Of a stretch of DNA of 64,000 bases, positions 51,945 through 64,000 are shown piece by piece. Numbering within the stretch: the first letter of the stretch is position 1; every line of letters begins with the position of its first letter. The notes under the pieces were generated by a model. It was not told the origin of the DNA. It saw nothing but the letters and a program-made list of their open reading frames with translations, and did not search any database. Made by a program: the position numbers and the translations under genes. Origin of the DNA: Eledone cirrhosa (Eukaryota); NCBI GenBank assembly GCA_964016885.1, contig OZ024742.1:270878001-270942000 (forward strand). Reading direction: 5' to 3'.

Positions 51945-54659
51945 TATACATATAATTTACTTCCAAATTATCTATGTTTGAAAATACATTAGTCTTATTA
52001 TACAAAGAATTGTTAAGATCGGCCTCTGTTCTTATTTCAATATGTTATTCCTAGATTCATCTTTCTTTGAATTGTTGTAATTATCGAACGCTATGAACTT
52101 TCAAATGTGCTGTAGATTTTCAAGTGCACTTTACTTTCAAGATGCCATTAAGTCTACCTGGTGATTGACGGCGGCTTCCATTATTAGCATAACAGATAGG
52201 GAGTATGATGAATGTGAAACCTAAAGATACAAGACCTTCAGCGAAAATGATCATTTGTGGTCATGTTAGGTTCATCAATAAATTATGTGAAATATATGAG
52301 TAATATATGAATAAAGCAATATAGAAAGAATAGAATGGGTAATACATTGCTCATCGTAATATTCAAGTCCGGGTGGCCTGGAGAGATATGGAGTATATGT
52401 TTCTCTGTTAAAAATACAGAAATGAAGTGTTGCTATTAGTATATCAGTCCAATTTGCTTTACTTCCATTCAATGAGAATCTGCCGTACTTCCTATGTGTC
52501 TATGAAATGATGACACTAAGAAAACAACAAATATTTCAAGTCTACTCGACAACCTTAACCATCTGCATTGATCTCATTTGACCACTGTTTGGTTCTTTAT
52601 TTCTTTGTATTTAATGGAGACACACGTTAAAATTGATTGGGAATTTTGAGAAGGTGCTTTGGAAAACTAAGTCTATCACATTTCATATCATCTAATTTGG
52701 CATTGTCGTAATATGTATCGATATGCTGGATGTTCCTACTTTCCATTTGAAAATATGGTGAGCTCACTAGAATAGAAACTTTGCAAAGCAAGGTATGTGT
52801 AGCGTACAGAAAGATTCAGGAGATCAACCTGATGGATCAAAACTAGGTAATGAAAACCGAGGTGTTATTATCGACGTCTATAAAATATATATTTTGCTTG
52901 GTTTTCCTCTAAAACGAGTGATATATGTAAGTTGAGATTTATTTTTTCTTGAACAACTCTCCCCATAAACGAACAAAAATTCATACCACGTAAATTGATA
53001 AATGAAACACCATGCCATAGCCATCATATTATTCCTACAAATTTTAGACGGACCCAACGCGAAGGGGAAAATGACAGCTGCATGTAAAATGTAATAAGAT
53101 TATACAATTTTGCGTACATTTTTTTCTTCCACTTGCTGTACGAATCCCACTCACATACATATATACACAAATGTACACAGATACTCTGAGTGGTTAGTGC
53201 GGGAATGGGGATTATGGACAGAATACGAATAAATCTCTCTGTATACATCTATCTAATTATATCTGTTACTCTGTATCAATCGCAAACTTTCACTGTGTTT
53301 CTGTATCGCTCTGTAATGATGTATGAACATACAGGCGTACACATGCTAAGGCAAGCAAACAGATACACTTACACACACACATAGCGTATCTTGACCGTTG
53401 TATTTTTATTGATGTGTTGTTTTTTCATTTCAACAGTTTAGCATTACAATTATCCTCTGTTGCAGGTAAAAATTTGGTGGATATTCCAAGCACGTAATAA
53501 AGAAATACATAATTCCCAAGTAAGTATGAGGAATGAGAGACAAATAGCGGAAACCAAGCTATTTTAAAGAATTAATATACTTATCAAGAGATTCAGTGAC
53601 ACTTAATTTCTGCTTTATTTAGATGATTTCATGATGAGTTCATATACATTTTTAGTAGGAGGTGAACATTCAATATATTATTTTTATTCTCAGAGTTTTG
53701 AGACTAGTAGATATAAAGTAAAACGTTCCCTCAAACCGAAACCCATGCCTGAATGCTAACTATTTAGTGTACTCCAGAAAAATATCCTAAGGATCCTCTC
53801 AACTGTTGGAATGTTGACAGATAAAGTATGTCACCAAAGAGACAGGATTTAACAGTTTCATTTGAGCAAAATTCATTCAAAAGGTTTTGTAAATCCGAGG
53901 CTTTATAGATAAAACAAAACCAATAAATAATGCAGATTATAACATTCTGGGCAAGGTGTTAGAACAAATGAGCCATCTTTAAAATATTCAACAACAACAA
54001 TATCCGTCATGTGTGCTATATCATAGAGAATGTGGTGAAGGAACTTGGCATTGGTGAAGCTCCAAGAAACACAGATGACTAAAATATTTTCATATGTTTG
54101 ACCATCGGTACCTGGCAGCAGTCCTCAAGCCCGTTTTTAGAGGTGAGATTGGTGCAACGCAGTGTGAAATGTGATCTGTGGTCATAGTGCACGTTTACCT
54201 CTTTAAACCGTTTAACATCATGCTTTCTGTCCGCTTGGCCACACTCGCGCATGATGTATATGTTGACTTTCGAGGCACGACAACACAAATTAGAAATGTT
54301 GAAGATCATCTCGCGTGGAATAGGATGTGTGAGATTCATGTCAGAATATGCCGACACCAACACACATTCAGAGGAACCGCACGGCTCACACGGAGTTCGA
54401 AACGGGGATACGAGCGAAATTTAAACAAGAAACGTTGGTGCGCCTGCAACTAAGCAAGCGTAGAGGTATGCACATGCCGTCTAACAGTGACCCAATTGTG
54501 GAATCTGTTTTTATTTGAATATTTACATGTTTTTTTTTCTGGTTTCGTAATATATTTTGACACGCCAAAAAAAAATTGTATCGACATATACCTTTCTATG
54601 TAGTCCTTTAAGTTTTCTTCATGTTGGAACCATGCTGCTAATAAAGACCCCATTATTAT

Positions 54660-55040
54660 TATCACCCATTTCCTGTGTATTGCAGAGTCGTCGGCTAGTG
54701 TCGAACAGCTGCTATCATATGTAGAACAGACCCAGCTAACAAGCGGATCTATAATGAAAATTGAAACGCCACATACTTTTAGAAAGGTGGCGGGGTTAAT
54801 CTTCCTCTATGTGGTAGATATGTGAAGAATGCCCTACGGTCGACGTGCCTAAACCCAATAAGGACATGCGGCTTCCTCAACGGCCAAACACTCGTCATCC
54901 TTTTTCAATTTAACTCTAATTTTTTCTCTTTAATGATGTCACCTTTCCTTCACTCATTGTAAGCCACAACTTTCTTTTTGCCTTGTACCATTCCCAATGG
55001 TTTCGGCTATTGTGGCGTATAAAGAAATAATTATTATTAA
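54660..55040 (+). mobile_element. Old Tx1 3' fragment
   Basis: tgtcgaacagctgctatc matches ~2439-2456; ends ggctattgtggcgtataaagaaataattattatt. Confidence 0.7.
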
Positions 55041-55093
55041 CAGCATCATTATTAATATTATATCCATCATGATTATTTTTTGATTATTATTAT

Positions 55094-57430
55094 AGCTCCC
55101 CTTTGTTATCGACGTCTACAAATCCGATCCTCCACTTTTGTTGTTTTTCACCTGTTTTCAAAATGCTTTTATTTAGATCTTTAGTCTAAATATTTTACAT
55201 AATTTCACTTCTCTTAAGTTTTAAACAATGGACGGAAAATAATCTACGCCTCATCCACAAAACGGAATAGCTACAGTCTACACGAGCTAAGTAGACAATA
55301 TAACATCAACAACGCCTTAGACGTGCGCACGAATCGATAGGTGAACAATGCAAAATTCAGCACCGCTAAAACTACAAACGCCATTATCGAAGCCGCTGTC
55401 GCCAACAATAACAAAGAGAACAACAGCAGCGGCGGAAGCAGTGAGAGCAACACCAACAACTACAACAACAATAAGAATAACCAAAGCCTTAAGTAGCTAG
55501 TAAACCACCAAATCAGACGATCCGCCAATTTCGCAAGCTCACCAGCAGCAAGGACGATCTGTTAATCAACAAACAAGGCTTAAAAGCAAAATACAGCCAC
55601 TATAAGCAATATTGGAATGACTCCCATCTTGCCAACCATTTCTATCACAGGGTGAAAAAATATTAGAAAAAATAATTCTTTGAGAATGAAGTAAGCGAAG
55701 TAGAAATGATGTTACAAAATATTGGTCACAAGGTATGTCTCAAACCTATGTCCAGCATGGCAGAACACACCCTTGCTTCTGCTAATTCGCGCCGGCTTCC
55801 TCGGTCCTTATTTAAAAAGCCTTGGAATGCATGTGGGCACACAAACACCTGTCGGCGGAGGCAACAAATTTGGCATAGGAGATGTCATGTTTTCTAAATC
55901 ATGTAAGTTCATGTCACAATTTCAAGCACCCTTCTGGTTTGACGAGTATATTCTGGTGCCGTCATATCATATTGTAGCTAGAGATTGGTGAAGATCATTA
56001 TTTAATACGTAGTAGCTCGTCTCGAATGACAAAACGACGATACTAGAAGTCTACAGAATTAAAAAAAGAAAACCGGTGCGGAACGAGATGTAGCTACACA
56101 TACAAACTAAGCAAGCGTATCAAAGCCATCCCAGATAAAGTAGATCTCACAGACGATATTTACCCTCTCGTGACTGTGGAATGTAGGAAGTAAACTTTTA
56201 AGGTAGGTGACGCAAAATCCTATATGAAGTATTTCTACCCACAATTGACCCCGAGGGATGTAAGGCACCAACTCACTCTTTCAAACACTGAATCCCCTGC
56301 AACGAACAACAATACAACAGCAAATCAACAACACACACGTATAGGTTCCTAACCGATTTCACACAGTTAGATAATGACATGGTAGGGGATAGACAATCAC
56401 AGATTGAAAAAAAAGAAGAAAAAATGTTTTTTAACAGAATAAAAGTGAAAGCAAACAGCACCAACATTAATCTCATGATCACCACCATTATAACAATCAC
56501 CACTACCACCCACATCAGTACCTGTATAAGCAACACCATAGACACCTTATTGCTACACAAGCCAAGAACATGTCAAATACAACCCACAAACCCAACATCA
56601 ATAAAAGTAATCTGAACGAAAAAGAGAAATTACACAACAATAAACTCAAAACAATGAAAATGTAATGCATCATATATACCAACACAGAAACGTAAAAGAA
56701 AATTACTCCACCATAGTAACAAACTATATTCTAAAACATAAATATCATCCAAAACACCCAAGACAGTTTCAGAGTCGTAAAACAGTAATTCCCCAATTCT
56801 GCAGATCCATCACAAAAAAAAAAAAAGATATAGGGCGATATTCTTGCCAGAAGAAGAGATCCATCTTCCTTCTCACACACGAACGCGGTAAGTTATCCTT
56901 CTCACTTTTTATCATCTTCATCTTATATGGTCTTACTCAGAATAGACAATCTAAATTCATATGGGTTGATGTTGTCTTGGAAGCAAAGCAAATAGCGCAA
57001 AGGCCTCAGGTAGCTAAACAGAGATTTCTTGGCAATAAAAAGCCCAGAATTTCCGAGGCATAAACCATTGCACCCGTTTTGGTGTCTACTAGGTTTATTC
57101 TACTCAAGGCCACCGGGCATCGGGATACAGAGTCGCTATGTCTTTTCGGAAATATCTGGCTGGGCTGGACCTGGCCATCAGTGAAATAAATGACTTCAGA
57201 CTCCTGACCGGTTATACTCCGACAGTTTTGTCGTCAAGTTTCAGGGGGTCATTCTAGAAACATCCCAATTGCTAGTGTTAGTGTGTTACAGGAACACTAT
57301 TTTACCTGCAAACTGGGGTTGTGTGCTGCTAGCAGATAAGGGTGGAAGGTGTGAAATCTGCATAAACCTACTCAGGCATTTCTAAATGCCTGACAGGTAC
57401 TGACGGTATTCTGGAGAATGCCGGTTTGAA
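55094..57430 (+). mobile_element. Highly decayed Tx1 5' part (5' UTR, ORF1, APE start)
   Basis: 5' UTR shares tttgttgtttt.ca..tgttt..aaa.tgc with the 49412 end; ttcagactcctgaccggttatactcc (~57195) matches ~76-101. Confidence 0.6.
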
Positions 57431-57559
57431 CACAGATTTAAGGGAGTAAAAGTTGTGAGTTTATAGGCGTTATTATATGAATGGTATATTTACGTCTGTG
57501 TGGGGGTGTAAGTGCATATGTGGTGTGGAACACCGATTTCAGGGTAAAGGAGTAAAAGG

Positions 57560-57790
57560 GCATATTTTACATGAACAGACTCGAACGACCTGTACTCAGC
57601 TCCTGAGTCACCTGCGCTTTCTTCGTTAAATATGTGGACGATATACTCATCCTCACATCTTCTAAGAAGAATGCCAACATAATTGTCAAATCTATTAGCT
57701 AGGCTAACAGTAAGACTCGGTTCAGCTTAGAACATCCCACCTTCTCTGAGGCCCTTGTCCTGCTCGACTTCAGATTGGACATCTCTGGCC
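57560..57790 (+). pseudogene. PLE-type RT core fragment
   Basis: FVKYVDDILILTS..RFSLEHPT..LVLLDFRLD, with one internal stop. Confidence 0.72.
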
Positions 57791-58406
57791 TGTGTTGACA
57801 CAACCAATACTAACAGCATGAAAATCTCTAACTAGCTGCGAATGGTCATCCAGATAGATACTGGCAATACTAGCAGCAGAGACCTTCCTTACTAGCTTCT
57901 AATGGTCATCTAGCAGAAAAATAAACAAATAAATGTTGCAGACCAACTACACAAACACCGATTAATACCTTACTCTGAAATCTGCATTTCTCACTGCACA
58001 TACATACATCAAAGCAGATATGTACATATACAATACCAATAATCACACCTACGCACACACATTTTACACCCTTACCCTGAAATCTGCGTTCCCCACTACA
58101 CATAGACACTTACGCACACGCACACACATACATATATCATAGACATACTCACACACATTTTTCCAATCGCATTTTCGCAAACAACATTAAACTTTAAAGT
58201 TTTATTTCATACAATCACATGAAATGGAGCAGCCATGAACAACACATCTCATATCATATTGCTCTCTGAGACCCACACCCACGGACACCCTTTCATAATG
58301 GATGGTAAATCCGAAAATATTCGGGATCATTAACGTTGCTCGGTGTTCAATCGGGGGTAACCCCAGTAAGTAAGGTACACAATACATAGCAGATTATAAT
58401 AATTTG

Positions 58407-58521
58407 ATATAGAAATGGCTTTTACAGGAGTAGAATTGTTTCATTCGGTAGAAATCATCAGGAAGCCCTGATGATTTCTCCGAATAAAACAGTTCTACTC
58501 CTGTAGAAGTAATTTCTATAT
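58407..58521. repeat. ~115-bp fold-back with two back-to-back degenerate hammerhead cores
   Basis: aatcatcagg aagc cctgatgatt centre; minus strand CTGATGA-tttc tacc gaat-GAAAC-aatt; stem I absent. Confidence 0.7.
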
Positions 58522-58579
58522 TATATATATATATGTATATATATATACATCCAGACATTCAGATTAAATGAAAAAATCA

Positions 58580-58611
<32 letters not shown>

Positions 58612-59399
58612 ACATACATGCAAACAAACACACATATATATATATACAAAAAAAATACATGTACACGTACATACACATATATATATGCATATATATAGAG
58701 AGATACACACACACACATACACATTTATAAAAAGATATACAGACATATAAAAACACATACACACACTCACATATATCACATACAAAAATACACGCACATA
58801 AATATACGCACAAGTATATAACAAGAAATTAGATTAATTGATAGGTATATTTACAGGGATAAAGTTATATTAATTCATATGAATGTGATAAATAAAAACT
58901 TGATGTTATTAAAGAGTGTTGTTAAAAACGAAGGAAAATAACATTTTGGGAAAAGGATATTAGTGAGAAATACCAATCTTATTTAAGCTACAAGGAATCT
59001 AAATACATAACAGGAAATTAAATTAATTTATAGGTATACTTATAGGGATAAAATTATATTAATTCATATGAATGTGATAAATAAAGAAGTAAGAAATTAA
59101 AGCAATAAAAATAAAAGATAAATATATAGAAAAACTGAAGTAGATAACAACATTTTTTCATAAAGAGTATTGTGTCTATACGGACATTGATGATATTAAA
59201 TATATTAATTATATTTTATAATAATAGGTATTAAATGTAATAAATAGGGGATGCGATTAATTGAAGTAGTGTGATTAAAAATAATTTTAGGAAAAGGGAA
59301 AAAAATATCAAGTTCTCTGTAGTAAAATACTAATTAGAGGTTAACTAAATAGAAAAAAACAATTATAATAATTCGTAAAATATAAGAGTAAGGTGTATA

Positions 59400-60830
59400 T
59401 TAATTAGGTTTATAATATTTGAAGGTTCTTCTAATTCTATGATTGCAAGATATAATTAATTCCTGTCGCTTATTTAATAGGATATCCTTAGATTTCATGA
59501 TTTCAAAAAGTTCTTGGGTGCATAACCTACACTCGTATCTAGTATTTTGATAAGGTGTGGCCCTTTTGAGCACGCTCCTGGTCAGGTTATAATCGATGTT
59601 CTTCTTTCTATAATTATTAATTGTTTCAGCCAAGGATGTTGTATCTAATGCGGCATTTTTAAAACTATGTTTGTGGGTATTAAATCTTACTTTAAATCTT
59701 ACTTTAAACTATGCTTTCCAGCATAGTTACGTCCCTTTACGATCTGAGTTCAAATCCCGCCGAGGTTGACTTTGCCTTTCATCCTTACGGGGTCGATAAA
59801 ATAAAGTACCAGTAATGCACTGGGTAATTGCTGGCCTTGTGCCTAAAGTAGAAACAATTAAATCTTACTTTAAATCGGTTAGACGTAGTGCAGTCCTTAG
59901 TGCTAATATTACATTTATATACTATGTTATTAATAAGACAATTTCCCTTTAATGGGCAATTTCTTTTGATTCTACAGTTACAACCATTCGTGAATATTAT
60001 ATCAGGGGAGCTAGTTAAATTTGGTGTGGAACTTACTGTACATGTTATAGGTGAAGGAGGTGGTGGTTTGTTATGGTTTATTTTAGTATTATTATGGTTG
60101 GTTTGATGTGTTGGTGGTATATTTATGGTCATTTTACACTTATATGCGTTGTACGCACTTATAATCTGTTGTAAATTTGTGGTAGTGGAGTAGGAGAATT
60201 TGACTGTAGATCTATTTAAAATTTGATGGTATTTATGGTTTGGTGGGAAGTTTTTCTCTAGGATAGCAAAGAAATGTTTAGGGAAATTGTCTTATATTGT
60301 TTCTTATATTTATACGATGTATCAGGAGGTTTACTAAGAGAGTTACTATTAGTGATTTTATTATATATAGGTTTAGTTAGATTAACTGATTTAGGTGTTT
60401 TAGTCTGATTACTAGGAATTTTGTTAGTAATGTTGTTAACATATGTTGGAGTATTAGGATAAATGTTTTTTTTTTAAATCATTATATTTTATGTGAGCAG
60501 AGGTAGAGAAATTAAGTTTTAGGTTGGTGTTTTTAGGTGTAGTATGAGTGGCATTTAGGTGTGGGTTTTCATTTGGTGTTTGTTGGTAATATTAGGTTGT
60601 ATGTTTGAAATATTATTGGTGCAAGGTATGTATACTAATTTGTTTTTGTGGCCACTTCTAGCTAAATCTTCGTTATAAAAGGGCGCGTTTTTATCGAATA
60701 CATCCTGATTCGATGAAAGGTTAGAGATTCTGAGTGTGATATTATATGCCACGTTTTTTAAGGATAGATCTAGGGAGATTGGATTGTGAGTGTGTGTAAT
60801 GCAAGTTTTGGTTAGATTATGGTAAGTTTG
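59400..60830 (-). pseudogene. PLE remnant (RT thumb plus GIY-YIG)
   Basis: RISNLSSNQDVF; CNCRIKRNCPLKGNCLINNIVYKC; FKVRFN.HKHSF; CRLC..LLNKRQELIISCNH. Confidence 0.88.
59709..59856 (+). mobile_element. SINE family A, 5'-truncated, inserted in the GIY-YIG remnant
   Basis: TSD attaaatcttactttaaatc at 59679-59698 and 59857-59876. Confidence 0.9.
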
Positions 60831-61340
60831 GTATATATATGTTTATTCATATAATGTGGTTGCGTGCAGTAGTATATATGTATTTATGTGTGTGGTTATC
60901 TGCGCATGGTCCTTTGTATTGTTGCTTGCTCTTAGTTGCATAACACTTCCACTGGTCATATGTATCCGTTTGCAGTTTTGCGTATCTGTATTCTTGTTTA
61001 ATACTATGTGTGTGATGTCTCCGTATCATTTCATATATACATATATGTGTGTGTGTGTGTGTGTTCGCGCATGTATGTTTTCGCAGATTAATGTGTATGT
61101 GCCATATATACATATGTATGTATATATGATTGTATGTGTATATATATATATATGTATATATTCCTTTTATCTGAATGTGTGTATATACTTGTATATACAT
61201 ATACACTTCTTTTTCTATATTGCTATATATAAATATTTTTATATTTATTTTTTATCCTGTTATTTTTCCAGCCTCACTTCCAATTTTTAACAGATTTTAA
61301 ATTTCATTTATTTTACATTCATATATTTTATCTATAACAT

Positions 61341-61410
61341 CTCTATCTGAAGACCGATCCAGACGTCTATATTATTATCGTCTATGATCCAGAAGCCTTT
61401 GGTAATGGAG
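61341..61410 (+). ncRNA. Hammerhead (GAAG variant), related to the 26081 family
   Basis: ctctat-CTGAAGA..cagacgtctatat..GAAGC-ctttg-GTA-atggag. Confidence 0.65.
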
Positions 61411-61439
61411 TAGTTATATTTTCTAATTTATATATATAT

Positions 61440-61473
61440 GACATATCTGTTTCACACTGGTGGTGTTCATCAG
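61440..61473 (-). ncRNA. Hammerhead core lacking the 3' strand of stem I
   Basis: CTGATGA-acac cacca gtgt-GAAAC-agatat-GTC, then directly a TA tract. Confidence 0.6.
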
Positions 61474-61654
61474 AGCTTAATACTCGCCGACCTCTGCCGA
61501 AAATTATAGACGCTGGATTCTCATAGAATTCCAGTAATAATCAGGAACTGATTACACAGAGCGATTGCCGGTCCAGCAAAAATTAAAAATTAGAATTTAA
61601 TTAAACATGCAGTATATTACCAAATATACTATACACACATTCATGTGTACATAG

Positions 61655-64000
61655 CTATATCAGAGCACGCGTTCTAGCTATGACAACGCAGCATTCATGC
61701 TTTGCGTTGAAGAATTGGTTGAGTGCCAATCTCGCCGCAAGCACGTCGGTTGCTATGCCTGTCTTAAACGCCTCTTCTAGATTTCTAACTAACTCTCCCT
61801 CTACTTTATTTTCCTCTATCACTACTCCTTTGCTAAACCTTATCGATTCTACTCTAATAGTCCTTTTTAGTGTAAACCACCACCCGTTGTTGACCATCGC
61901 AGCCCTCATCACACGCTTAACTAATTCTCTAATCCGGTCTCTATAAGCTTTGCGCGCCGGGAACGGCGCGTTCGGCTTCCATTAGCCGGGCCCTTGCCTA
62001 TGGAGTCTATCTAAGGACCCACCGATGCCAGGTTCCCTAGCTACCCTCTCCACGATGTATCGCTTGAGGTGGTGATTGTTGTGAATGGATCTGTTTGGAA
62101 TGGCGCATGTCTGCGCCTCTCCCACCAGACGACTAACGACAAGCGCCGACCTCTTTCTAGTTCCTTGGCCAAAATCTTGAACTCTCTGTTTAGTAGAGTT
62201 ATGGGCCTGAAATTATCTATGTTATCCTCCTTGTTCGGATCCTTTCTCAACAGCGCCACCGCTCCTCGGCTCACGGTGCTGGAATTTCTCCCGTTCTGTT
62301 GCCAGCTGCGATAGACGTCCGCCAAGAGGCCTAAGAAAAAGTCTTCCATCTGTAGGTAATGTTCATAGGGCAGACCATCAAACCAGGCGATTTACCCCTT
62401 GTCCTCCCGTAGTTCAGCTGCTGTTGTCGGCTTTTCGCAACACTCCGCCTCAGTGGCCGAGAGCCGCAGCAGTCCGTCGAGGTAGGCACTAAAGTCCATC
62501 CCTCGATCCGGCCCGCCGCTACTCCCGAACAGCTAAGCGAAGTGTCGCTGAAAAGTTTCACACATTTGCCCGGGATCGAGTAGCAGGCGCCCGTTGTGGT
62601 CCACCAAAGACCGGATCGTGGCTTTGTTTCTACGGCGCGCCTCCGCTATTCGGGCACATTGAACAGCTTTCGTCCGCTCGTGTCTGAGAGCATGCACCCT
62701 AGCTCTGACAAGGCAGCATTCGTGCTTTGCATTAAATAATTGACAAGGGCCAATTTCGCTGTGTGTGTGTGTTTTTGTTTTTATTGATGTGTCTACTTAG
62801 TTGGGGCGGGGGGGATTTTACAACTTTCCGCGTTTCCCCCCTGGGTGGCCAATATTGGTGGTGGTCTTTCTATTGGTGTGGTTGTTGGTGGTTTTGCCGG
62901 TGCTGGTGTTGTTTGTGGTTCTCGCAAGGGTTCGTCAGCAGTGGAGCCCTTCGACCTCTTGCATCCTTCAGCAGTTGAGGGCAGAACACGCGCAAATGGG
63001 TTTTTCCCCCCAAACAAAACAATGCGGCCTTTTCCCCTCGGTCATAATAGAATGACCGTCCCACTCTGAAGGCGGATGTGGTCCGGGATTGTTTTCACAT
63101 TCTCGGGTTGATCTGGAGAAGTAGTTGCAGGTCACACCCCGTCACCCCTTCTCTTGCCATTCTTGTCACTTCTATCGGGACGGTATCAGTCCCCTCCAGA
63201 ATCACACATCCCAGAAGCCACCACACGTCAAGTACTAGTGGGATTCTGGGAATGCGGTGACGGCCGTTCTTTTTCACATGTGGGAGTGATACATTATGAC
63301 CTTGCTGGTTTTGCAAGGAGTCATAGCGTGTTTCATAGCGAGGGATTCTGACTTGAACAGCACCGAAATGATGCCGTACTGTCTTCCCCTCGCTATGTAT
63401 TCGGTGTCATCTCTGATGCTGCTCAGCGCGACTTCGACATCTGCTTGTGGAATTAAAGCTGCCCTATTGGTTTGTGCTGAGATGCATCTATAATGCACCG
63501 TTCTGCGTTCCACTGCCTGATATAGCTTCTACGCGACAGTTAAGTTGGTCCAGGTTTGCTCTTGCTTGATGAGCTTCCAGCCCTCGGCCAACTTTTCATC
63601 TTTGTTTGAGAGGTCCATGTTGAAACATCGCCTCTTTTTTTGCTGCTGCCGAAGCGAAAGTGTTCTACTTGTCCACATTGGGGGTGTTGTTGTTGTGTCG
63701 TTGTTCTTGTTGGTGTTGTTATCACTGTCGCTTTTATCATTTTTGTCTTTGGTGCCGCCGTTGTTCTCGGTGTCGTTGGTATTGTTGCTGTTGGTGTTGT
63801 CGCTATTTGTTTTCATGTTAGTGGTGTTGATATTGTTGTTGCATTTGTCATTTTTTCTGTTATCTGTATTTTCTTTGTCGCTGTTACTGTCATCTTTTTT
63901 CAAAATTACAGTTCTCAGTGTTGTTATCATTGTTGTTTTTGTTCACATTATCTTTGATGGTTTTGTTGTATCAATTTCTGTTAATTTCGCCGTAGCGCTT
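61655..64000 (-). mobile_element. Rearranged Tx1 copy: ORF1 (62790-64000), ORF2 linker/RT-N (62040-62760), second ORF2 piece (61655-62015)
   Basis: GRQYG and HLRVFCP knuckle in ORF1; GKSPGL, NFRPITLLNREFKILAK; WWFTLKRTIR..NQFFNAKHE. Closely similar to 45360-46350. Confidence 0.88.

Noticed and set aside
53466-53495. VKIW..FQ resemblance to homeodomain helix 3
   Set aside because: Lacks WFQNRR, and no upstream homeobox exon was found.

Overview
Eukaryotic, AT-rich, microsatellite-dense animal DNA. It is probably from an octopod cephalopod, inferred from an abundant tRNA-headed SINE I recognise from Octopus genomes but could not verify. No intact host gene is visible, and most predicted ORFs are artefacts of (TA)n, (CA)n or (TACA)n tracts. 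The window is a mosaic of decayed transposons: five Tx1-clade LINE pieces, one near-complete Penelope-like element (PLE) with direct pLTRs plus several PLE remnants, a Chapaev3-like DNA transposon, a complete-ended Helitron, two tandem R4/Dong-like RLE retrotransposons and SINEs. The most interesting signal is invisible in the ORF track: about 20 type I hammerhead ribozyme (HHR) motifs, some degenerate, from several unrelated sequence families. They occur as (i) a ~435-nt tandem retrozyme-like unit with covarying stems, (ii) outward-facing inverted HHR pairs bracketing non-coding DNA, (iii) near-zero-spacer fold-backs, and (iv) a ~180-bp hairpin family carrying only the 3' half of a hammerhead. 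Most sit in or next to (TA)n tracts. All structures were folded by eye and coordinates of degenerate elements are approximate.
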